Of a DNA stretch of 64,000 nt, positions 1 to 10,995 are shown in pieces. The position numbers and the translations under genes are program-made. This DNA comes from a virus, in the IMG/VR virus record IMGVR_UViG_3300013094_000026, positions 32,480 to 96,479 of that record; one strand, given 5' to 3'. Each line of letters starts with the position of its first letter. Position 1 is the stretch's first letter. The notes below the pieces were generated by a model that did no database searches, was not told the origin of the DNA, and was given only the letters and a program-made list of their open reading frames with translations.

Positions 1-519
1 GCTTGGCAACAATTAATTAATGTTGTAAATCAACATAGTGATAGTATTACTGCTTTGAGCAATAATTTTAATGGGGTAGGTTCTTCTCAGGTAGACTGGT
101 CTTCAGCTACATGGTCACACGTATGGGATCCAGGCTCTCAGGCACTAGTTTATGGAAAAATTCAAGTTGTTACATCAAGTGCAACATATGTAAATAAAAG
201 TGCTTCAGGTTCAGGCACACAAGGTATACAAGGAACAAATTCATCTACAAGTAAAGTTTTCTATGGTACAGCTTCATTTTCAGACCCAACAGTTTCATCT
301 ATTTTTCAATTTAGTTCTATACCAATTGTAACTGCTACACTGTATAGCGGTCATAATTCTTCAGGTCCAGTAAGTGTAGTTAATTCAAGTTGCATAGTAA
401 CTATTTATAATATCACTACTTCAGGATTTAACTGGAGAATATCAAGTGCATCAGGTAGTTCAGCAGATACACCTACAGGTACTTTTTACATAATGTGGAC
501 AGCAGCAGGTCCAAGATAA
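1..519 (+). CDS. Tail-associated protein, 5'-truncated (C-terminal beta-sandwich)
   Basis: Frame is open from base 1; S/T/G-rich; C-terminus FSSIPIVTATL...ITTSGF...YIMWTAAG resembles tail-fibre end domains; adjacent to a large tail gene. Confidence 0.5.
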   Translation, partial: AWQQLINVVNQHSDSITALSNNFNGVGSSQVDWSSATWSHVWDPGSQALVYGKIQVVTSSATYVNKSASGSGTQGIQGTNSSTSKVFYGTASFSDPTVSSIFQFSSIPIVTATLYSGHNSSGPVSVVNSSCIVTIYNITTSGFNWRISSASGSSADTPTGTFYIMWTAAGPR

Positions 520-531
520 ACAGGGGGTATT

Positions 532-3500
532 GTGGTACAAGGACAAGAACCACCAAAGTATAAATCGCCAACGTCGGTAGGAAAAAGACAAACAATTCCT
601 GTTGACGTAAATGATCGTCGTGCCAAAAAAAATAACCCAAATAACCCAAGAGGCCGTAGTGGTGCAGAATTTGAGATTATTGATTTAACTGGCAGTGCTT
701 CTTTAATAGAAGGTGGTGACGGAAGCGGTACTGCAGTTGCAAATGGCGGTTCAGGTAATAATGGTGGAACTCCAGATGTAATTATCCCTGGAAGTGGGGG
801 TAATCCTCCAGTATATTATCCAGGAGGCAGTGGTCCTTATGTAATTGGTTTAACAGATCCTTCAGATATATCTGCAGTGTGGAATGGTGATGAACTAGAT
901 ATAACATTTACTTGGGATATTGGTAATGCTGCAAATGGAACTGCATCTCAATTTGTTGTTGATTTAACATCTGATGGAATAACTCAGTCAACACCATTTG
1001 ATACATTTTCTCCAATATCTGCTTATAGTGTTGGCACTAATCAATTTATGCTTCCAATAAGTAAGCAATTGAATGAACAAATGTTTGGTATTTTTACAAC
1101 AAACATTACTAAGGTTTGTATCGAAGTTGCAGATCCACTTGCCAACACAAATGTTAGTGGTGCAGTATGCACTACAAATGTTGGTTCTCATATATTTGAT
1201 GTAAATCCTCCAACAATACTTGTAACTTCAATTAATAATGGTTATAATGTTTCTTACGGTGAAAGTGCGGGAACTCCAAAAGGCTCCACTGTATATAAGG
1301 CTGGAACATCTTTAGGGGTAACACCAGTTGGTATTGATTCAATTGATGTTTGGGAAATAGAGAGCAATTCTTCAGTTGCACCAACTATCACTCTAGACAG
1401 TTCAAATAACCCTACAGGATGGTCAAGAACTTACCTTGGATTGTTTAATCCAGTAAATGTAATTTCTCCAGATTTAAATTCTAGATGGGTGGCAGCTAGA
1501 TTTAATTCAAGTAGTGCTGAGCATACAGACTTTTGTGCACCACAATTTGTAACACCTACAGCACCAGTATCTATTAATACTACAAAACCTACAGATCCCA
1601 CAGTTACAGCAGCCTGGTCAGGCAATGATATTGTTTTAAGTTATACACTTCCGTCATCTAATGCTGGATCTTCTTTTATTGTTAGACTTACTGCACCAAA
1701 TAATCAAGTTGGTTTTTTTTACTTCACTCTGACGGGTACAGTAACTACAGGTACTTTTACAATAACATCAACTGATTTATTGAATCAGTTTGGATTACCA
1801 GTACCTTCAACTTTTGACATTTTCTTCCAAAGCGTTTCTGGTGTAGGAATAAAAAGTGATGGAATAACTGTAAATTGGACAGGATCTTCAACAAGAACTA
1901 CTGGTCTATCTACACAAATTCCATCGCCAACATTTACAGCAATAATAGATGGTGTTGTAGGAACATTTGATTTTTCACAGTATAATGCTTCATATGGCGA
2001 AGTTTATATGTCTTATGAAGACTGTTGGACTCCACTGTCAACATCAACCTCAACACATTATTCATTTGATATAATAGATTATTTTAATGCACAATATGTT
2101 TCTGGTGGAGCAGTTGGAACAAACACAATTACTTTAAATAATTTTATTAATGAAGATGGTGTGTTTACAGATCCTACCGTCTACCTAGGAGTTCCGTTTC
2201 ATGGAACGGGAGTACCAGATTATACATTTATTTCAGCAATATCTTTAGTTAGCACAGGAACTTATCAATTAACATTAAGTACATATAATTTAACAACAAA
2301 CTCTAATGTTGCATCTAACTTTACTACACAAGCATCAGGTCAATATACAATGCAGATGCTTGCATATAGTGGTTCTTCTCCAGCAACAATCTATAATACA
2401 CTATATGCACCACTATACTTTACGGTTAGATATGTAGATCAATTTGGAACAGAATCATATTTTTGTCCAACAAAAAGTAAAACACCGTTAAATATAACAA
2501 CATCACTTATTAATACTGCAATTTCAGTTACAAAAGGTGCGGGTGCTATATATCTAGGAGATACAGCAACTTCACTTCCAAACGTAATTATTGGAACAAG
2601 TAATAATGAGTCTGGAATATTTGTTTGGGGTCCAAATTCAGTTCAAGGAACACAGGGAACTCAGTATACAACATTAAATACACAGCCAACAACATCAATT
2701 ATTGGTGATACAGCATCACCGTACACATTCATTACCACTGATGCAAAAATTGCAGACTGGTCAATAACTGCACAGCATATTCAAAATGATTTGACAGGTG
2801 GATCATATTCAACAGGATATGTAGGTCTTTCTGGATCAAATTCAAATTATTCATTTTGGGCTGGAGCAAGTGCATCAGACAATTCTGCACAAGATGCTAA
2901 ATTTAGTGTAACCCCAGCAGGTTTAGTCACTGCTAAAAATATACAAATAGTTGGCGGTAATTTAGATATTGGTGCTTCTTCATACAAATATTCAGCACAA
3001 GGAACAACATCTTCTTCTACCTTAACAGTAAATACTACAAATCTTTCATCTGGAATGTATGTAGTTGGTACAGGTATCCCAGATGGCACTATTATTAATA
3101 GTGTTGGTTCAGGTTCTATTGTATTAAGTAATAATCCAACTTCAAACATAACAAATGGACTTATAACTTTTATTTCTCCAAATGGTGCACATATAACAAC
3201 AGCAGGTCAATTATTTGCAACAGATGCATATATAAATGGAAATATCACTGCAACAGGTGGTAAATTTACTGGAAATGTACAATTAGTTGGAGGTTCATTG
3301 TATGCACTAGGTGCTCAAGGAACTACAAACTCGGGTATAAGAACAATATTTAATGCACAAGGAATTGCTGCTTATAATGCTGGCGGAGGTTACGCAGAGC
3401 TTCTTACAACCCCACTAGCAGATGGTTCAGTGTTTGCTACAACAGCAGCTAATATTGGTGGATGGTCAGTAAGCACACAACAAATTTATAAAACCAGTCG

Positions 3501-5283
3501 TTCAGGAAAAGGCAATATAGTCCTTGATTCTCAAAATGGATATATTTATGTTTCTGATACAAATGTATCTCAATTTACAGCAGGAATAAATAGTGTAATT
3601 GATACAAATGGTGTGGCGTTTTGGGCGGGAACAGCATCATTAGCTGTTCAAAGTACACAAAGTACACAAGGTTTACAAACTTCACTTCCTGTTATTGCAG
3701 ACCCAGCATTACAAAGTCCTTCATATAGTTCATATTTGCAAAGTCATAATGGATCATTACCGCAAGATGCATTTGGCAATTTAATTATGAGTCCATATTC
3801 AAATCCGTTTATAGTAAGAAATGATGGAACTCTATTTGCAAGAGGCGGTAATTTCTTTGGAAATGTAATGTCAAGTGGTTCTTTAGGAACTATTACTATG
3901 GACAGCAGAAATGATATGTTAGTATTTGACACAAATCCAGTAGCATCTCAAGAAGTTAATGGATATGATGCTACACAAAGAGTTTATTCATTTTTAGTTC
4001 CCAGAAACAACAATATATATTTAATTAGTCCTGGACCTGAACTGCCTTGGGGTAGTGCACATGTTAATCCCAAAGAGGGTTACGTGGGAACTCAAAACAC
4101 ACATGGTGTGATAACTGGACCACCTACAAGCAAACCATATTTTTCGGCTGGATCAAGTTTTTATAATTCATGGGGATTTCAAGCAGATGGAATCGGCATG
4201 TATACGGGTGAATGGGATTATTTCAATAATGCTCAACATACAAGTAAGCCATTTATAACTGTCACAAGTGGCTTATTAGACCCTACTTCACAATCAAGTG
4301 GTGGAATTTCTGGAACTAATTTTGAGAATAGTCAGCTTGATGGAAGCGGAGTTCAAATATCTGGAAGTCCAGATCTTGGAATGTTGTTTGAATCAACTCA
4401 GCATTGGACAGGAGACTTTAATTCAATTCCAAGAGGTGGAATTCTTATATATACTTCACAAGAAGATCCAACTCAGTCAGATTCAATACATCCATCTTAT
4501 TCTCCTTCAACTAAATATGGTCCATATGTTGAGATTTTAAGAGATATGGATCCAAACTCCCCAACTATCCCTGTTAGTACAGGATTATTAGTAGGTGCAG
4601 GAGTTTATAATCCAGGAGATGTTGTGACATCGGCAAGAATACAAATAGGTGTTGGAAGTGCTCAGGATGTGAATAATACTTCAACACAGGGTATTTATTC
4701 ACCTCCATATATTGAATTGATTAAAGATATAAATTATTCTTCATTAGGATATCAAAGTAATACAGGTAAAATAACTCTTTTTGCAGCTACTAATGCATAT
4801 ATGCAAATTGCTGATGGAAATAGTACTCTGTACGGACAAGGCGGGGACAGGCCCTTAGCCTATCAAGGAGGATCTAGAATTGATCTCTATGCAGAAAATA
4901 ATGGAGTTAATATATATGGATTGCCAATTCAAAAAGATGTAGATATAAGAGCTTGGCCATCCGATGGTTCATCAATTGTTCCATTACAGTATACTACTTA
5001 TTTTGAAACAGCACAGCATAATGCAACTATTGAGTATGCAACACCTACTTCATTAGTGTATCCTGATTTGAGTATAGATAATAAAGCACACTATAGGAAT
5101 GCATACCCACTAGGAAATTATGCAAGACAAAGATTGTTGGTTGAAGACCCAGTAACTGGTATGGCAATGTTGGGAATGGCGGTATACTATAGAGATACTT
5201 CAGACCCAATAGTTATTGCAGAAGGAATAGATACACCTTCTACCAGCAGTGGCTATGTTGGTGATTTATGGATAGATTATTAA
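532..5283 (+). CDS. Large minor tail / host-specificity protein (1583 aa)
   Basis: S/T/G/N-rich beta protein with FN3-like stretches and NGNITATGGKFTG/IGGWSV tail motifs; ends GDLWIDY. Confidence 0.7.
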   Translation: MVQGQEPPKYKSPTSVGKRQTIPVDVNDRRAKKNNPNNPRGRSGAEFEIIDLTGSASLIEGGDGSGTAVANGGSGNNGGTPDVIIPGSGGNPPVYYPGGSGPYVIGLTDPSDISAVWNGDELDITFTWDIGNAANGTASQFVVDLTSDGITQSTPFDTFSPISAYSVGTNQFMLPISKQLNEQMFGIFTTNITKVCIEVADPLANTNVSGAVCTTNVGSHIFDVNPPTILVTSINNGYNVSYGESAGTPKGSTVYKAGTSLGVTPVGIDSIDVWEIESNSSVAPTITLDSSNNPTGWSRTYLGLFNPVNVISPDLNSRWVAARFNSSSAEHTDFCAPQFVTPTAPVSINTTKPTDPTVTAAWSGNDIVLSYTLPSSNAGSSFIVRLTAPNNQVGFFYFTLTGTVTTGTFTITSTDLLNQFGLPVPSTFDIFFQSVSGVGIKSDGITVNWTGSSTRTTGLSTQIPSPTFTAIIDGVVGTFDFSQYNASYGEVYMSYEDCWTPLSTSTSTHYSFDIIDYFNAQYVSGGAVGTNTITLNNFINEDGVFTDPTVYLGVPFHGTGVPDYTFISAISLVSTGTYQLTLSTYNLTTNSNVASNFTTQASGQYTMQMLAYSGSSPATIYNTLYAPLYFTVRYVDQFGTESYFCPTKSKTPLNITTSLINTAISVTKGAGAIYLGDTATSLPNVIIGTSNNESGIFVWGPNSVQGTQGTQYTTLNTQPTTSIIGDTASPYTFITTDAKIADWSITAQHIQNDLTGGSYSTGYVGLSGSNSNYSFWAGASASDNSAQDAKFSVTPAGLVTAKNIQIVGGNLDIGASSYKYSAQGTTSSSTLTVNTTNLSSGMYVVGTGIPDGTIINSVGSGSIVLSNNPTSNITNGLITFISPNGAHITTAGQLFATDAYINGNITATGGKFTGNVQLVGGSLYALGAQGTTNSGIRTIFNAQGIAAYNAGGGYAELLTTPLADGSVFATTAANIGGWSVSTQQIYKTSRSGKGNIVLDSQNGYIYVSDTNVSQFTAGINSVIDTNGVAFWAGTASLAVQSTQSTQGLQTSLPVIADPALQSPSYSSYLQSHNGSLPQDAFGNLIMSPYSNPFIVRNDGTLFARGGNFFGNVMSSGSLGTITMDSRNDMLVFDTNPVASQEVNGYDATQRVYSFLVPRNNNIYLISPGPELPWGSAHVNPKEGYVGTQNTHGVITGPPTSKPYFSAGSSFYNSWGFQADGIGMYTGEWDYFNNAQHTSKPFITVTSGLLDPTSQSSGGISGTNFENSQLDGSGVQISGSPDLGMLFESTQHWTGDFNSIPRGGILIYTSQEDPTQSDSIHPSYSPSTKYGPYVEILRDMDPNSPTIPVSTGLLVGAGVYNPGDVVTSARIQIGVGSAQDVNNTSTQGIYSPPYIELIKDINYSSLGYQSNTGKITLFAATNAYMQIADGNSTLYGQGGDRPLAYQGGSRIDLYAENNGVNIYGLPIQKDVDIRAWPSDGSSIVPLQYTTYFETAQHNATIEYATPTSLVYPDLSIDNKAHYRNAYPLGNYARQRLLVEDPVTGMAMLGMAVYYRDTSDPIVIAEGIDTPSTSSGYVGDLWIDY

Positions 5284-5290
5284 ATATAAA

Positions 5291-5319
5291 TTGACAAAAT
5301 TTTATAGTTAATATATAAT
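5291..5319 (+). promoter_or_regulatory. Sigma70/HrdB-type promoter
   Basis: TTGACA-N17-TATAAT perfect consensus. Confidence 0.8.
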
Positions 5320-5344
5320 AAAAATATAGAGAAAAAGGTTTAAG

Positions 5345-5515
5345 ATGGATAATTTAGAGTTAATTGTAACAGCATTGCAGCAAAGAATTGGTGAGATTGT
5401 TTCACAATATGAAGGTCAGGTTGCTTATTTAAGAGCACAAATTACTCAGCTTACAAATCAGCAAAATAATATAACTAATGCTCCAACGGGCATAAAGAGC
5501 AATTCAAAAGAATAA
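5345..5515 (+). CDS. Small coiled-coil protein (56 aa, MDNLELIVTALQQRIGE...), not in ORF track
   Basis: ATG after AAAGG SD downstream of a consensus promoter; TAA at 5513. Confidence 0.7.
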   Translation: MDNLELIVTALQQRIGEIVSQYEGQVAYLRAQITQLTNQQNNITNAPTGIKSNSKE

Positions 5516-5532
5516 ATTATAGGTAATAATAC

Positions 5533-6882
5533 ATGACTTCAAGTACCCCAAATTTTTGGTTAAAAGGTGGTGATGCCACATGGAAAAATCCTGCAGATTT
5601 TTGGGTAAAAGCTGCAGATGGTACTTGGAAAGAAGTAAAAGCTGCATGGGTAAAAGGCTCAGATAAAACTTGGAAACAATTTTGGCCATCAGGAGGAAAA
5701 ATTATTGTAGTTATAAGTAATAATAGTGTGCCATTCGAAACTGGTACTGGAGCACTTTCTCAAGAGACTGTAACTTCAGGATTATCTTTAGGTGACGGAG
5801 AACATTCTTTTGGACAATTAGTGGGTATTAATAATATACCAACAGGTACATATACATTTGATGGTTCAAGTGGTGATATTCAATATTCATATTCATCTGA
5901 CATTATGTTTAGAGATCTCTCTAGTATGCATACTTTACCATATGACGACGATCATGCATGGGCAGTAACTTTGCCATTTGCTGTATCAGTAGGCACTTAT
6001 ACTGGAAATATAATTAATATTACTACTAATGGTGGAGTAATATTTGGAAATTATTTTGGTTATATAGGGTCAAGTAATCAAGAAAGAAATGGCATAAATG
6101 GTAATACAACATGGATACCAGAAAATTTAAATTTATTGAATGCACCATCAATTTGGGGCTTATGGTATGATATTGATACTTATTATGGTGGAAATATATA
6201 CTATGGTGTTAAAACTGATGATAATGGAAAAGAATTTTTTCAAGTATCATGGGTAGATGTCGGTTACTATGCAACTTACGATTCTTCACATTTTACTTCA
6301 TTTGATATATATATATATCCAGGAGCCTTAAACAAAGTTGCTTTTTCAAATAGTTATTATTATGATTTTGAAGGAAGTTTTTTTCAATCTAGTGGACCAG
6401 ATACTACTTGGTTGAGTTATCCTTGGGGATTATTTTCATTTAATAATTCTCCTGCTTTATCATCTTTTTCTATTTCCACTGATCATGCACATACTGGTAG
6501 TAAATCTTTAAAAATAAATTGGACTACAGGCGATCAAGCTGGGGCTTATTTGATATTAGGGCCGATTAATAATTTTTCCTATGTGCCGTCATCAATAACT
6601 TTTTCTGCTTATGTTTATGTACCTTCGGGAAGTCCAGATGTATATTTAACCATTAGCAGTGGTCAGTATTATTATCTATCTGGAGAATCTGCTTCTCCAT
6701 TTACTTTTACTTCAATTAAAGATACATGGACACTATTAACACTTACTGTACCATTTTCTGATTTTTACTATTATGCTACCTCAAATGGTGTTATTGATGA
6801 TTTACAAATTCAACAAGATGCTAATAATTTATCTGGAGGTACGGTGTATATAGACACAGTAACAATTTCAGTTAATCAGTAA
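5533..6882 (+). CDS. Putative receptor-binding/adhesin tail protein (N-terminal W-x-K...TWK repeats, NIDO-like middle, carbohydrate-binding-like C-terminus)
   Basis: Three WxK..TWK repeats; IWGLWYDID...QVSWVDVGYY NIDO-like motif; AHTGSKSLK...VYIDTV CBM-like end. Confidence 0.55.
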   Translation: MTSSTPNFWLKGGDATWKNPADFWVKAADGTWKEVKAAWVKGSDKTWKQFWPSGGKIIVVISNNSVPFETGTGALSQETVTSGLSLGDGEHSFGQLVGINNIPTGTYTFDGSSGDIQYSYSSDIMFRDLSSMHTLPYDDDHAWAVTLPFAVSVGTYTGNIINITTNGGVIFGNYFGYIGSSNQERNGINGNTTWIPENLNLLNAPSIWGLWYDIDTYYGGNIYYGVKTDDNGKEFFQVSWVDVGYYATYDSSHFTSFDIYIYPGALNKVAFSNSYYYDFEGSFFQSSGPDTTWLSYPWGLFSFNNSPALSSFSISTDHAHTGSKSLKINWTTGDQAGAYLILGPINNFSYVPSSITFSAYVYVPSGSPDVYLTISSGQYYYLSGESASPFTFTSIKDTWTLLTLTVPFSDFYYYATSNGVIDDLQIQQDANNLSGGTVYIDTVTISVNQ

Positions 6883-6933
6883 TTTTATGTTATAATTAAT
6901 AAAAACAATAAAATATAAATAGATGGGAAAAAA

Positions 6934-7188
6934 ATGTTAACAGATCAAGATAAAATTAATTATTTATATCAACAAATTTCAAGTTTATCATTAATATTAT
7001 ATAATGATGAATTAACACAAAAAATGAATTTAAATTCATTACCTGCAAATGCAGTTACAAATGCACTAAATGCAAATATTGCTCCAAATTCAAATATTTC
7101 TAAAAGAATTGAGTTTTTGCAACAAGAGTATGATGCTCTTGTTAAAGCAACGGGGCTATCACCAATTATTACTGCACCTAAATCATGA
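6934..7188 (+). CDS. Hypothetical protein
   Basis: ORF track; SD-like GGG upstream. Confidence 0.6.
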   Translation: MLTDQDKINYLYQQISSLSLILYNDELTQKMNLNSLPANAVTNALNANIAPNSNISKRIEFLQQEYDALVKATGLSPIITAPKS

Positions 7189-7589
7189 ATTTATTGAAAT
7201 CTTTTAATAAAAAATCTAAAGTAGAAAATATTACTTTTACACCAGTAATCCCAAGTGGATTAATTGGTCATACTGAAAAAGGGTATTTTTATGTTAAAGG
7301 TAAAAAAAGATTTAGATTTGTTTCTGAAAGAGCAATGAAAACTTGGAATCTTCCCGTCATAAAAACTACAGAAGAAAAAATGACGGGACTACCAATAGTG
7401 GGCGTATTAGGTCTTAGAGATGGAACAGTAGCTAAAGATATCTCAGATGGTAAGATCTATTTAATTAGTGATTCAAAAAGAAGACATATTATTAATCCAG
7501 ATGTGCTTCTTTGGATAAATTCTAGTATAATAGAGGTATCTCAAAAAGATATTCTTTGTCACGATGAAGGATATGTATTAGATGAATAA
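7185..7589 (+). CDS. Hypothetical phage protein
   Basis: ORF coupled by ATGA overlap. Confidence 0.65.
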   Translation: MNLLKSFNKKSKVENITFTPVIPSGLIGHTEKGYFYVKGKKRFRFVSERAMKTWNLPVIKTTEEKMTGLPIVGVLGLRDGTVAKDISDGKIYLISDSKRRHIINPDVLLWINSSIIEVSQKDILCHDEGYVLDE

Positions 7590-7609
7590 AGTTGGAATGA
7601 AAATCTAAA

Positions 7610-7870
7610 ATGTACAATCCTATCAAAGTTTGGACAAAACGAGATAGAAGAGTTAGTCGGGAAGGCTATGTACTGATTAAAGTACCTGAGCATCCCAAAA
7701 ATTTTAAAGGCTGGTATTACGAACACCGCCTAATAATTGAAAAACAATTAAATAGAATCATTGAAGATTGGGAAACTGTTCATCATATCAATGAAGATAA
7801 AACTGATAATAGATTAATTAATCTATTTATATGTTCAAGATTAGAACATAATAAAGCACACGCTGCTTGA
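7610..7870 (+). CDS. HNH endonuclease
   Basis: YEHRLI...VHHINEDKTDNRLINL motif. Confidence 0.85.
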   Translation: MYNPIKVWTKRDRRVSREGYVLIKVPEHPKNFKGWYYEHRLIIEKQLNRIIEDWETVHHINEDKTDNRLINLFICSRLEHNKAHAA

Positions 7871-7922
7871 CAAAATAAAACAAGATACGCTACAATTAAC
7901 TAAACTCACAGAAAGAGATTAG

Positions 7923-8726
7923 ATGACTAATGATTTAAAATGGATGCTATCATCTGATCAGCAATTTCCATATCAAGATGATAAAGCCATTGAACTTTGG
8001 TTTAAAGTTATGAAGTGGTTTAAGCCAGATGTAGTTGACTATTTGGGGGATACTGATGATCAAGCTTGCTATAGCAAATATACAGAAGGAAGATCAGCTG
8101 AATTCTTACAGCTTCATAAAAATGATAGTAAAGATCTAATTGTTCCGATGATGCGACATGAAGCAAAAGGTGCAAGAGATTTTTATGCTAAAACAAGAGA
8201 AATGTTGTCAAATGCACAATTATTTTCAGCATTAGGAAATCATGACATCAGAATCTTTGATTATCTTGATAAGAAAATGCCAGAATATCTATCTGATATT
8301 ACGCCAGAATCTTTGTGGGGACTTGATAGCCTAGGGTATGACTATATTTATTATAATGAATTGCCTAGACATCGCTTTGGAGATATCCATGTCCATCATG
8401 GACTTTCAATTGCAGACACGGGGGCTGTCAGAAAAGATATTGATGATTTACAAATTTCTTTGATTAGAGGACATTCACATAGAATTGCCTCCCATTTTCA
8501 GACATATGAATTACCATTAGCAACTAATGGAAGAACAATTCGTGGATATGAAATTGGGCATATGTGTGATGAGAAAAGTGATGGTATGAAATATACGCAA
8601 AATCACAACTGGCAAAAAGGTTTCGCAATTGCACATATTGAAAATGGTAATCATCCTCATGTGCAAATTGTGGAGATTTCACCAACTTACACTTGTGTAG
8701 TTGATGGAAAATTGTTTTCTGTCTAA
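7923..8726 (+). CDS. Calcineurin-like metallophosphoesterase
   Basis: SDxQ, LGD, GNHD, HHG and GHSH motifs. Confidence 0.85.
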   Translation: MTNDLKWMLSSDQQFPYQDDKAIELWFKVMKWFKPDVVDYLGDTDDQACYSKYTEGRSAEFLQLHKNDSKDLIVPMMRHEAKGARDFYAKTREMLSNAQLFSALGNHDIRIFDYLDKKMPEYLSDITPESLWGLDSLGYDYIYYNELPRHRFGDIHVHHGLSIADTGAVRKDIDDLQISLIRGHSHRIASHFQTYELPLATNGRTIRGYEIGHMCDEKSDGMKYTQNHNWQKGFAIAHIENGNHPHVQIVEISPTYTCVVDGKLFSV

Positions 8727-8750
8727 TTTTATATATGGTATAATATATGT

Positions 8751-9260
8751 ATGTTATGTGAAATAGAAAATTGTGACAGGAATAAGGTGGAAGGCGGAAA
8801 ATATTGTAGAAGTCATTATAGGCGTAAACAATATATAAGCGATAAACCTATAAGGATAAATAAATACCCAGATGGAAAATTTTGTAAAATAGAGGGTTGC
8901 AAATCCCGCTCTAGAGTACTTGAGATGTGTATAAAACATTATCAAAGAGTTAAAAAATGGGCAGACCCAGAAAAAACTGCTAGGGCAACATCTGGCTCAG
9001 GATATATAGATTCAAATGGTTATAGATTAATAACTATTGATGGAAAAAGAGTTCTTGAGCATAGGTATGTAATGTCAAAATATTTAGGTAGGGATTTATT
9101 AGCAAATGAAAATGTACATCACAAAAATGGTGACAGATCAGATAATAGATTAGAAAACCTAGAGCTATGGTCTAAGTCCCAGCCATCTGGACAACGGGTG
9201 GAAGACAAATTAAAATGGGCATATGAAATAATAAGTCTTTACAAAGACTATAACCTATAG
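8751..9260 (+). CDS. HNH homing endonuclease with N-terminal Cys/His zinc motifs
   Basis: EHRYVM...[19 protein letters not shown]; two C-x4-C...C-x2-HY repeats. Confidence 0.9.
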   Translation: MLCEIENCDRNKVEGGKYCRSHYRRKQYISDKPIRINKYPDGKFCKIEGCKSRSRVLEMCIKHYQRVKKWADPEKTARATSGSGYIDSNGYRLITIDGKRVLEHRYVMSKYLGRDLLANENVHHKNGDRSDNRLENLELWSKSQPSGQRVEDKLKWAYEIISLYKDYNL

Positions 9261-9269
9261 GAGAAAAAA

Positions 9270-9560
9270 ATGAAAGTTACACAATCAGAAAAGGCTCTAG
9301 TAGAGCATTATGTTTATGCAACTGCTGCATCAGCTGTGGCAATTTGGCAGACAGGAAATCACTCAATTAAGCATGTTCTTTGGTCTGCTGTAATTGGTGT
9401 AGTTGGTCCAGTTCTTGCTAAGTTTAACCCAAAGGGTGTTATAGGAGAGCTTTCTAAGAAAGAGCATCTTGATGCAGTAACTACTGCAGCACTAACATCT
9501 GTAGCAACAACAGTTGTAGCAGATGCTAATAAAGCAATCGCAGCAGACACTAAGAAGTAA
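9270..9560 (+). CDS. Holin-like membrane protein
   Basis: Small, two hydrophobic segments, basic C-terminus; strong GGAG SD. Confidence 0.45.
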   Translation: MKVTQSEKALVEHYVYATAASAVAIWQTGNHSIKHVLWSAVIGVVGPVLAKFNPKGVIGELSKKEHLDAVTTAALTSVATTVVADANKAIAADTKK

Positions 9561-9581
9561 AAATATAGAAAAAATTTAATA

Positions 9582-9767
9582 ATGTTATTTTGTAAAAAAT
9601 GTACAGGACGTGTTTTTGTAGACCGAGTTTACTCCCAGAACTTACGTCTTGAATTGTACTGTATCATGTGTGGGAAAAGATGGATGATCAAAAGAGATAA
9701 TAGGTTTGGTGCATGGATAGCAAAAATAGAAGAAGAGCTTCAGTCCAATTACGGTACTTCTATCTAA
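9582..9767 (+). CDS. Zinc-ribbon protein
   Basis: CKKC...CIMCG. Confidence 0.7.
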   Translation: MLFCKKCTGRVFVDRVYSQNLRLELYCIMCGKRWMIKRDNRFGAWIAKIEEELQSNYGTSI

Positions 9768-10228
9768 ATAAAAAACTTCACAAAGTTTTAAGAAGATCAC
9801 GTGCAGAAAACTTATTAATTGCTTGGGATTACCAATTGGGAAAGCGTGTTGCTTATAATTTGGCGGATGTCAATAAGAATAAACAACACGCTTATTCCAT
9901 CAAAGAAGTTGTAAAATTAATTGGTAAACATGAAGATACGATTAAATTACATTTATATAGAGGGGATTTAAAATTTCCACAAAGAGTGTATTCTCTTAAT
10001 GGCAATAAAACTCCAGGAAAATATTTTTGGAGTGAAGATGATATTAGAGAAATGCATGATTTTTTTAAAACAGTCCATAGGGGCAGACCAAGAATTGATG
10101 GCGGGATTACCCCAGGTGATATGCCATCCAGAGCAGAATTAGAGGCTATGATGAAACAAGAAAATATTTTGTATGTCAAGAATGATGACGGAGAATTTGT
10201 TCCAGTTTGGAAACAACCAGAATGGTAA
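9713..10228 (+). CDS. HTH (MerR-like) DNA-binding protein
   Basis: YSIKEVVKLIGKHEDTIK helix-turn-helix. Confidence 0.65.
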   Translation: MDSKNRRRASVQLRYFYLNKKLHKVLRRSRAENLLIAWDYQLGKRVAYNLADVNKNKQHAYSIKEVVKLIGKHEDTIKLHLYRGDLKFPQRVYSLNGNKTPGKYFWSEDDIREMHDFFKTVHRGRPRIDGGITPGDMPSRAELEAMMKQENILYVKNDDGEFVPVWKQPEW

Positions 10229-10455
10229 ATGAAAAATTAAATAAAGAGTCAAAACATGTACTTCATCAGGCACTGAAAGTGTTAGAATTCACAATGGAGC
10301 TGGCTGTACAAAAAGAGGATATTGATGCTATGATAGGTATAGCAGATCGCCTTATGATGTTGTATCAGCATTTATCAGAAGGCACACCAAAAAAGTTTAA
10401 GCCAGGGTTTACTTTGGCTGATAAAGAGGAGCCACAGAATGACAGAGATGAATAA
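10222..10455 (+). CDS. Hypothetical protein
   Basis: ORF in replication operon. Confidence 0.6.
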   Translation: MVNEKLNKESKHVLHQALKVLEFTMELAVQKEDIDAMIGIADRLMMLYQHLSEGTPKKFKPGFTLADKEEPQNDRDE

Positions 10456-10666
10456 TTCAACTGTTGTAAAAGTTGATTTACACTTTACTAAAAATTTGGG
10501 TAATTATGAAAGTTTGAGAATTGGTATTGGCGTAGAAGATTTTAAAAGATCTGGCGAGACAACTGATGAAGCAACTGATCGTGTTTATAAGTTTGTTGAA
10601 GATAAGTTAATGGAAAAAGTTCGTGAGATTGAAGAAGAATTGGGTAAGGGTAAAGGTAAGAAATGA
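10439..10666 (+). CDS. Hypothetical phage protein (TKNLGNYESLRI motif)
   Basis: ORF with GAGGAG SD. Confidence 0.7.
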   Translation: MTEMNNSTVVKVDLHFTKNLGNYESLRIGIGVEDFKRSGETTDEATDRVYKFVEDKLMEKVREIEEELGKGKGKK

Positions 10667-10995
10667 CAAAAGATGAAGCAAAACTAGCTTATAGTCTAGT
10701 TTCACTTTATTGTTCTTTATACAAAGAGTCTTACAAAAAACCTGCAGTGGTAAATAAGTATCGTGAAAAGTGGGCTATGCAAGATGTTATAGATAGTGTA
10801 GGCTATGATAGAGCAAAAGTATTACTTGAATATTACTTTAAGTCCATGAATAATGGAAATCCAATATCTTGGTTTTTTTATAATTTTGAAAAGCTTGATT
10901 TGTCATTGCAACAATCAGAGCAAGATAAAACAAGAAGAGAATTAATTAGAGCTAAAACAAAGTCTATGGTTGAAGAAAGAGATAATGAACACTGA
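10663..10995 (+). CDS. Hypothetical protein upstream of helicase
   Basis: Coupled ORF. Confidence 0.65.
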   Translation: MTKDEAKLAYSLVSLYCSLYKESYKKPAVVNKYREKWAMQDVIDSVGYDRAKVLLEYYFKSMNNGNPISWFFYNFEKLDLSLQQSEQDKTRRELIRAKTKSMVEERDNEH

